Under the pieces are notes generated by a model. It did no database searches, was not told the DNA's origin, and saw only the letters and a program-made list of their open reading frames with translations. A stretch of DNA of 64,000 nt from Alphaproteobacteria bacterium (GTDB lineage: Bacteria; Pseudomonadota; Alphaproteobacteria; UBA8366; JADFVY01): NCBI GenBank assembly GCA_041584475.1, contig JBFHDX010000003.1, forward strand, positions 12,621-76,620, read 5' to 3'. The position numbers and the translations under genes are program-made. How positions within the stretch are numbered: the first letter of the stretch is position 1; every line of letters starts with the position of its first letter. This document shows, in pieces, positions 61,193-64,000 of the stretch.

Positions 61193-62059
61193 TCAGCCTG
61201 CCGGCTCGAACGCGAGGGCAACGCCACAGGCTTCCCCGGGCGTCACGACGAACCGCCGCGCGCCGTCGCGCACGAAACCGATCCCGGCCGCCTCGAGACA
61301 GGCTGCGGCGGCCTGCAGCGACTCCACGCGCACCGTCAGGCCGACGATCGTACCGGCCCGCTGCAGCGGTATCGCCACCTGCGGATACAGGCGAGGCAAT
61401 GCGGCCGGTCGCGCGAAGTCGAGCCGCGCCGTGCCGGTCTCGACCGAGACATGCCCCGCCGCCGCGGTCACGGCCGGTCGGCCGAACAGCCGCGCCCACC
61501 CGGCCGCAAGGGCCGGCGGGTCGGAGGCGAGGATCGTGTAGGAAGCGACGGCAACGGCGGTGTTGCGGTGCCGAAGCCATGCCGATTGCCACACCAGATC
61601 CGGCGTCTTGTGCTCGCAGATGAAGCCGGCCAGTCCCGGCATCGCCTCGGGCAACGGATGGATGAGGCGAAACGCGGGCGTCAGCGTCCCGCCCGGCAGC
61701 TCGATTTCCCGCGCCAGGTCCTGGATGGGGCCGGCGACGAGGCCGGCTTCGGCAAGGAACGCGTGCGTCCGCTCCGCGTCGTCGCTGCGCAGCGCCAGTT
61801 TGAGCAGACCCTCGCCGCGCTGTTCCAGGATTTCCGAGAGACCCGCACTATAGCCTGCGGAATCGAGCACGCCGAGCAACTCGATGTAATCGTGCGCGAA
61901 CATGATGCAGTAGTTCGCCGTGGCCCAGCCGATGTGGCGGCCGCGCGGCGTAATAGTGAACCCGAACGCCGCGAATCGCCTGCGCGCGGCCTCGAGATCT
62001 CCGACGCCGACGACGCCGTGGTCAACTCCCGCGATGGCGTGGGTTGCGGACACGGGCAC
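61193..62059 (-). CDS. VOC (glyoxalase-like domain) family protein
   Basis: 288 aa with a GTG start at 62059. GVDHGVVGVGDLEAARRRF...GFTITPRGRH resembles the Glyoxalase-like_dom family. Confidence 0.72.
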   Translation of the reverse strand: MPVSATHAIAGVDHGVVGVGDLEAARRRFAAFGFTITPRGRHIGWATANYCIMFAHDYIELLGVLDSAGYSAGLSEILEQRGEGLLKLALRSDDAERTHAFLAEAGLVAGPIQDLAREIELPGGTLTPAFRLIHPLPEAMPGLAGFICEHKTPDLVWQSAWLRHRNTAVAVASYTILASDPPALAAGWARLFGRPAVTAAAGHVSVETGTARLDFARPAALPRLYPQVAIPLQRAGTIVGLTVRVESLQAAAACLEAAGIGFVRDGARRFVVTPGEACGVALAFEPAG

Positions 62060-62067
62060 GAGGCGGA

Positions 62068-62955
62068 TCAGCGCCCGAGCACGCGCCCCGCGACCGCTGC
62101 AAGACGCTCCAGCACCGCGGGGTCGCGCCGGTCCTCGGCCGTGATCAGCGCCGCATCGAGCGCCGTGTGGCAGTTCGCATGACAGCGCTCGGAACGGCCC
62201 GACAGCAGGGGAGCGACCTCGCGCACCAGCGATCGGGCCTTTTCCGCGTTGTCGAGGAGCACCTTGATGACCGCGTCGACCGTGACGTCGTCATGGTGGG
62301 GATGCCAGCAGTCATAGTCCGTGACCATGGCGATGGTCGCGTAGCAGATCTCGGCCTCGCGGGCGAGCTTGGCCTCCGGCATGTTGGTCATGCCGATGAC
62401 GTCGCATCCCCAGCTGCGGTAAAGCTCCGACTCCGCCCGCGTCGAGAACTGCGGCCCCTCCATCACCAGATAGGTGCCGCCGACGACGATCGGAATGCCG
62501 AGCCGGCGCGCCGCCGCTTCGATATGCCCGCCGAGCCGCCGGCAGACGGGATCCGCCATCGAGACGTGCCCCACCATGCCGGTCTCGAAGAACGACTTGG
62601 TCCGCGCGAAGGTTCGGTCGATGAACTGGTCGGCAATGACGAAGGTTCCCGGGTCCAGCTCCTCCCTCAGCGAGCCGACCGCGGACAGCGACAGGATCTC
62701 GGTCACGCCGCTGCGCTTGAGCGCGTCGATATTGGCCCGGAAGTTGATCCCGCCGGGTGCGATCCGGTGGCCGCGACCGTGACGCGGCAGGAACACGAGC
62801 TGCTGACGGCCGAGGCGGGCGAACATCAGCTCGTCGGACGGCGCGCCGTAGGGGCTATCGACGGACCGCCACGCGACGTCCTCGAGCCCGTCAATGTCGT
62901 ATAGTCCGCTGCCGCCGATGATCCCGATGACCGGCGGCGTTCCCGGCTCAGCCAT
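62068..62955 (-). CDS. mtnP: S-methyl-5'-thioadenosine phosphorylase
   Basis: I prefer the ATG at 62955 (MAEPGTPPVIGIIGGSGLY). Motifs are FLPRHGRGHR, VGSLREE and VIGMTNMPEAKLAREAEICYATIAMVTDYDCW. Confidence 0.9.
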   Translation of the reverse strand: MAEPGTPPVIGIIGGSGLYDIDGLEDVAWRSVDSPYGAPSDELMFARLGRQQLVFLPRHGRGHRIAPGGINFRANIDALKRSGVTEILSLSAVGSLREELDPGTFVIADQFIDRTFARTKSFFETGMVGHVSMADPVCRRLGGHIEAAARRLGIPIVVGGTYLVMEGPQFSTRAESELYRSWGCDVIGMTNMPEAKLAREAEICYATIAMVTDYDCWHPHHDDVTVDAVIKVLLDNAEKARSLVREVAPLLSGRSERCHANCHTALDAALITAEDRRDPAVLERLAAVAGRVLGR

Positions 62956-63078
62956 TGCCCTTGCCTCCCTGCTCGCTGGGCACACTCCGCCGGAGTATCG
63001 GCCGCGGCGCAGGCGCGATCAACCGGCTACGTCGTGCGCCGCCCGGTGTGCGGAATCGCGCGACCGGACGGGCGGCGG

Positions 63079-63852
63079 TCAGTGCTTCTTGACGTCGGCC
63101 CAGACCCGTCGCTTGAGCGCGACGAGCATGATCGTGAACAGCCCGAGGAAGGCCAGGACCTTGATGCCGAGCGATTTGCGCTCCTCGAGTTCGGGCTCCG
63201 CGGCCCAGGCGAGGAACGCGGTTACGTCGGCGGCGATCTGCTCCACCGTCGCCGGCGTTCCGTCCGCATATTCGACCGCATCCGGGAACAGCGGCTGCGG
63301 CATGGCGATCTGCTTGCCCGGGAAGTACTTGTTGTAGTTCATGCCCGCCATCGGCTCGAAGCCCTCGGGCGGCTCCTCATAGCCAATCAGCAGGGCGTAG
63401 ACGTAGTCCGCGCCGCCCTTGCGCGCCTTCGTCATCACCGAAAGATCGGGCGGATAGGCGCCGTTGTTCGCCGCGCGCGCGGCCTGCTCGTTGGGATAGG
63501 GCGACACGAAACGGTCGGACGGGATGGCCTCGCGCATGTACATCTCGCCGTTCTCGTCGGGTCCGTCCTGCACCTCGAAGTTGGCGGCGTAGGCCTTGAC
63601 CTCCTCCTCGTCGTAGCCGAGGGCCTGGAGGTTGCGGTAGGCGACGAGGCGCAGGCCGTGACAGGCGAGGCAGATCTCGGTAAATCCCTGCAGGCCGCGC
63701 TGCAGCTGTGCCCGGTCGAAGGTGCCCAGCGGACCCTCCCAGGACCAGTCCATGTCGGGCAACTCGATGTCCTCGACCGCCGACCGGGCGGTGCCCGCTG
63801 CGGTGACGATCGCGATGGCGGCGACGATGAGGATCCGCGTCGTACGCATCAT
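63079..63852 (-). CDS. petC: Cytochrome c1 of the cytochrome bc1 complex
   Basis: 257 aa. It has a signal peptide, the heme-binding motif CLACH, the segment PPDLS, and a C-terminal anchor GIKVLAFLGLFTIMLVALKRRVW. Confidence 0.93.
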   Translation of the reverse strand: MMRTTRILIVAAIAIVTAAGTARSAVEDIELPDMDWSWEGPLGTFDRAQLQRGLQGFTEICLACHGLRLVAYRNLQALGYDEEEVKAYAANFEVQDGPDENGEMYMREAIPSDRFVSPYPNEQAARAANNGAYPPDLSVMTKARKGGADYVYALLIGYEEPPEGFEPMAGMNYNKYFPGKQIAMPQPLFPDAVEYADGTPATVEQIAADVTAFLAWAAEPELEERKSLGIKVLAFLGLFTIMLVALKRRVWADVKKH

Positions 63853-64000
63853 GCCTTCTCCATCTGGCTTGCGGCACCCTTGAGCACGGGTTCGCTGATG
63901 CTGGCCGGCAGCGGCAACGGCCGCTCGAACTTTCCGAGGAGCGGCATCAGAATGAGGAAGTGGGCGAAGTAATAGGCGGTGGCGAGCCGCCCGATGGCGA
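63849..64000 (-). CDS. petB: Cytochrome b, C-terminal fragment (gene continues past the right edge)
   Basis: My own translation of the reverse complement gives ...AIGRLATAYYFAHFLILMPLLGKFERPLPLPASISEPVLKGAASQMEKA*. The stop TGA (63849-63851) overlaps the petC start (ATGA). It is not in the ORF track because no start lies inside the window. Confidence 0.85.
   Translation of the reverse strand, partial: AIGRLATAYYFAHFLILMPLLGKFERPLPLPASISEPVLKGAASQMEKA

Overview
Very GC-rich (about two-thirds G+C by eye), densely packed chromosomal core region. Gene content and order look alphaproteobacterial, which is an inference from several things: petB-petC with a separate cytochrome c1, a PetP/PetR-like MarR plus OmpR pair, an ELM1-family gene, the lgt/MidA/pgeF cluster, and a CTGC-N3-GCAG box at the phasin gene. 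I call about 65 protein genes, one tRNA(CAU) and a few intrinsic terminators, promoters and operators. Recognisable housekeeping blocks are dnaG-rpoD, carA-carB-greA, uvrB, uvrC-pgsA-mobB-moeA-moaD-moaE, ilvE, proC, lgt, prs-rplY-pth-ychF, mtnP and petC/petB. I saw no rRNA, CRISPR array, transposase, integrase or prophage genes. Many of the long ORFs in the six-frame track are GC-driven shadows antisense to real genes, and I rejected them. Several track ORFs also have over-extended N-termini, which I trimmed to the start that has an RBS or fits the homologous N-terminus. The most interesting items follow. (1) A five-gene, stop/start-overlapping operon at 34405-37526 encodes two paralogous DUF1538-type membrane proteins, a divergent PII-like protein, a tandem-CBS protein and an SDR; I read it as an uncharacterised nucleotide-gated membrane module. 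(2) A 186-aa protein (5935-6495) has an HTH followed by two ClpX-type C4 zinc-binding domains. (3) A structured, terminator-capped non-coding segment with a CCUCCC motif lies between the LysR gene and msrP (about 19821-19990) and is a candidate sRNA. (4) A roughly 220-bp AT-rich, repeat-dense island sits upstream of uvrC and carries a perfect DnaA box plus two flanking DnaA-like boxes (37680-37900). (5) An orphan PhnD-type binding protein is encoded directly upstream of a chemoreceptor. (6) The phasin gene has a near-consensus promoter overlapped by a CTGC-N3-GCAG palindrome. (7) A 23-codon hydrophobic ORF is coupled by TGATG to the M24 peptidase gene. All functional calls rest on motif recognition by eye. 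No database search was run.
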